A stretch of 64,000 nt of DNA from Azolla caroliniana (Eukaryota > Plantae > Polypodiophyta). The number at the start of each line of letters is the position of its first letter. Position 1 is the first letter of the stretch. Of this stretch, positions 62,401 to 64,000 are shown piece by piece. Location of the stretch: assembly GCA_043228905.1 (NCBI GenBank), contig JBHGNT010000012.1:19158001-19222000 (forward strand). Reading direction: 5' to 3'. The notes beneath the pieces were generated by a model that was not told where the DNA came from, made no database searches, and saw nothing but the letters and a program-made list of their open reading frames with translations. Both the position numbers and the translations under genes were made by a program.

Positions 62401-64000
62401 TTCGGCCGTGCATTCCCCGTGCAGGAAGCCGAGGAGACGGCTTATGTGCAAAGAGAAAGGGAACAAGAAGGTGTCGGATTTCGGCACGGATAGGAACGAG
62501 TCAGACCGATGCGAGTCCAACTCCGAGGGAACCGGTGACGAGTCTTTAAAGGTGAAGACCGCGTCGACCGAGAAGGCCTCGACATCGGCTAATGTGAGAT
62601 TACGCCGATCTACCCGCCAGAAGAATCCTGTTTTGCGGTTCAGATACAACGAGTACATGGCGCATCATTATGCGTACATGACCCGTGTAGCGGAAGTGCG
62701 TGAGCCGGAGAGCTACGCAGAAGCGGCTAAAAACGCGAATTGGCGTGCCGCGATGGAGGAAGAGATGCACGCATTGGTGGAGAACGAGACCTGGGACCTG
62801 GTTGACGCACCAACTAGGGTAAAACCGATCGGGTGTAGGTGGGTGTACAAGGTCAAGTACAACACCGATGGCTCCGTCAACCGGTACAAGGCTCGGCTAG
62901 TGGCAAAGGGCTACATGCAGAAACACGACATCGACTACGATGAGACTTTTGCGCCGGTCGCGAAAATGACGACCGTCCGTGTTTTGCTCGCAGTACTGCG
63001 GCGAAGGGGTGGCACTTACATCAGATGGATGTAAAGAATGCGTTCCTGCATGGTGACCTTGAGGAACAGGTGTACATGGTACAACCCCCCGGATTGCACC
63101 CCGGAACGAACTCCTCGGCAGTATGCCGACTGAAGAAGTCCCTTTACGGACTGAAGCAAGCCCCGCGTGCCTGGAACGCGAAGATCACGCAACAACTACG
63201 TCGGATGGGCTTCGTCACGTCAAAATCAGACTCTTCCCTGTTCATCCGGAAAGGTCGACTCAGACCGGTTAGTATTTTACTATATGTTGATGACTTGGTC
63301 ATCACCGGCGCCGACCTAGGTGAAATTGACTGCGTGAAGCTCCAGCTTGCGGCATCGTTCTACATGAAGGATCTGGGGGACCTTCATTACTTCCTCGGGA
63401 TCGAAGTGATCCGTACCCCCGAAGGCATATTGATCAACCAACGTCATTAAGTGCTGGGTATGCTCTTCAAACTCGGGATGGACGACTGTAAGTCCGTCTC
63501 GACTCCTCTGGACAGAACCGTCAAGCTTCGTCCCGATACGGGAAAGGTATGCGACCCGACGAGGTTCCGACAAATTTTCGGAAGCCTCATATACTTGACC
63601 ATCACCCGACCCGACCTCAGTTATCCGGTCGGGGTGATCAGTCAGTTCATGGCGCGACCTACCGAGGAGCACCTTCAGTGTGCGCAATGCGTACTTCGGT
63701 ACGTAAGCGGCACTAAGGACCGCAGACTGCTATATCGGACCGGTGCAACCGTGTAGCTAGTCGGCTACACCGATGTTGATTGGGCTGGCAACGCCGCCGA
63801 TTGCCGATCCACGTCTGGATACACGTTCTCCCTCGGGAGTGCCGCGATCGCGTGGAGCAGTAAGAAGCAGCCGACAGTTGCACTGTCGACCACCGAAGCT
63901 GAGTACCGAGGAGCGGCTGTCGTGACATGCGAAGCCATATGGTTGAAGCGGCTACTTATGGACCTGCAAGAGGAGGTGTCAGATCCGACGACGATCTACT
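59490..64000 (+). mobile_element. Ty1/copia element (copia-6, same family as copia-3) running off the window end
   Basis: 5' LTR 59490-59881 homologous to 14015-14406; PBS tggtattagagc at 59882-59893; gag-pol follows. Confidence 0.95.
59945..64000 (+). pseudogene. copia-6 gag-pol: open for 1029 aa (Gag-PR-INT-RT start), then a frameshift near 62995 and stops at 63448 and 63754
   Basis: CWYCGKKGHRESEC, WYVDSGASNHM, LRSDGGKEY, QNGVAERKNR, CRWVYKVK; then MDVKNAFL…LYVDDL; TDVDWAG…STTEAEY. Confidence 0.93.

Overview
Eukaryotic, almost certainly land-plant, nuclear DNA. The TE lineages, GA/TA microsatellites and gene structure suggest a non-flowering plant such as a fern, but that is inference. 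Roughly three-quarters of the window is transposable-element sequence. Positions 1-39.4 kb form a deeply nested cluster. A tRNA-Trp-primed Ty3/gypsy relic (8476-26875, minus) is interrupted by a Ty1/copia relic (10028-25293). That relic contains a second, complete copia (14015-23756, TSD GCATC), which in turn contains a hAT-type MITE (19240-19831) and a very young 3.3-kb non-autonomous LTR element (19973-23275). A further copia relic (647-8475) carries a 4.6-kb hAT transposon. A young 10-kb non-chromoviral Ty3/gypsy (28334-38331, TSD ACAAA) has a long extra 3' ORF. The only host gene is a 7-exon WAT1-related/UMAMIT (EamA, nodulin MtN21) transporter at 46323-48986, interrupted by an assembly gap. 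To its right lie a LINE remnant and three more copia copies. The most striking observation is the 3.3-kb LTR element: its single intact 557-aa ORF is Gag fused to recognisable reverse-transcriptase fingers and thumb segments, with the catalytic palm removed by in-frame deletions. All alignments and mismatch counts were done by eye.
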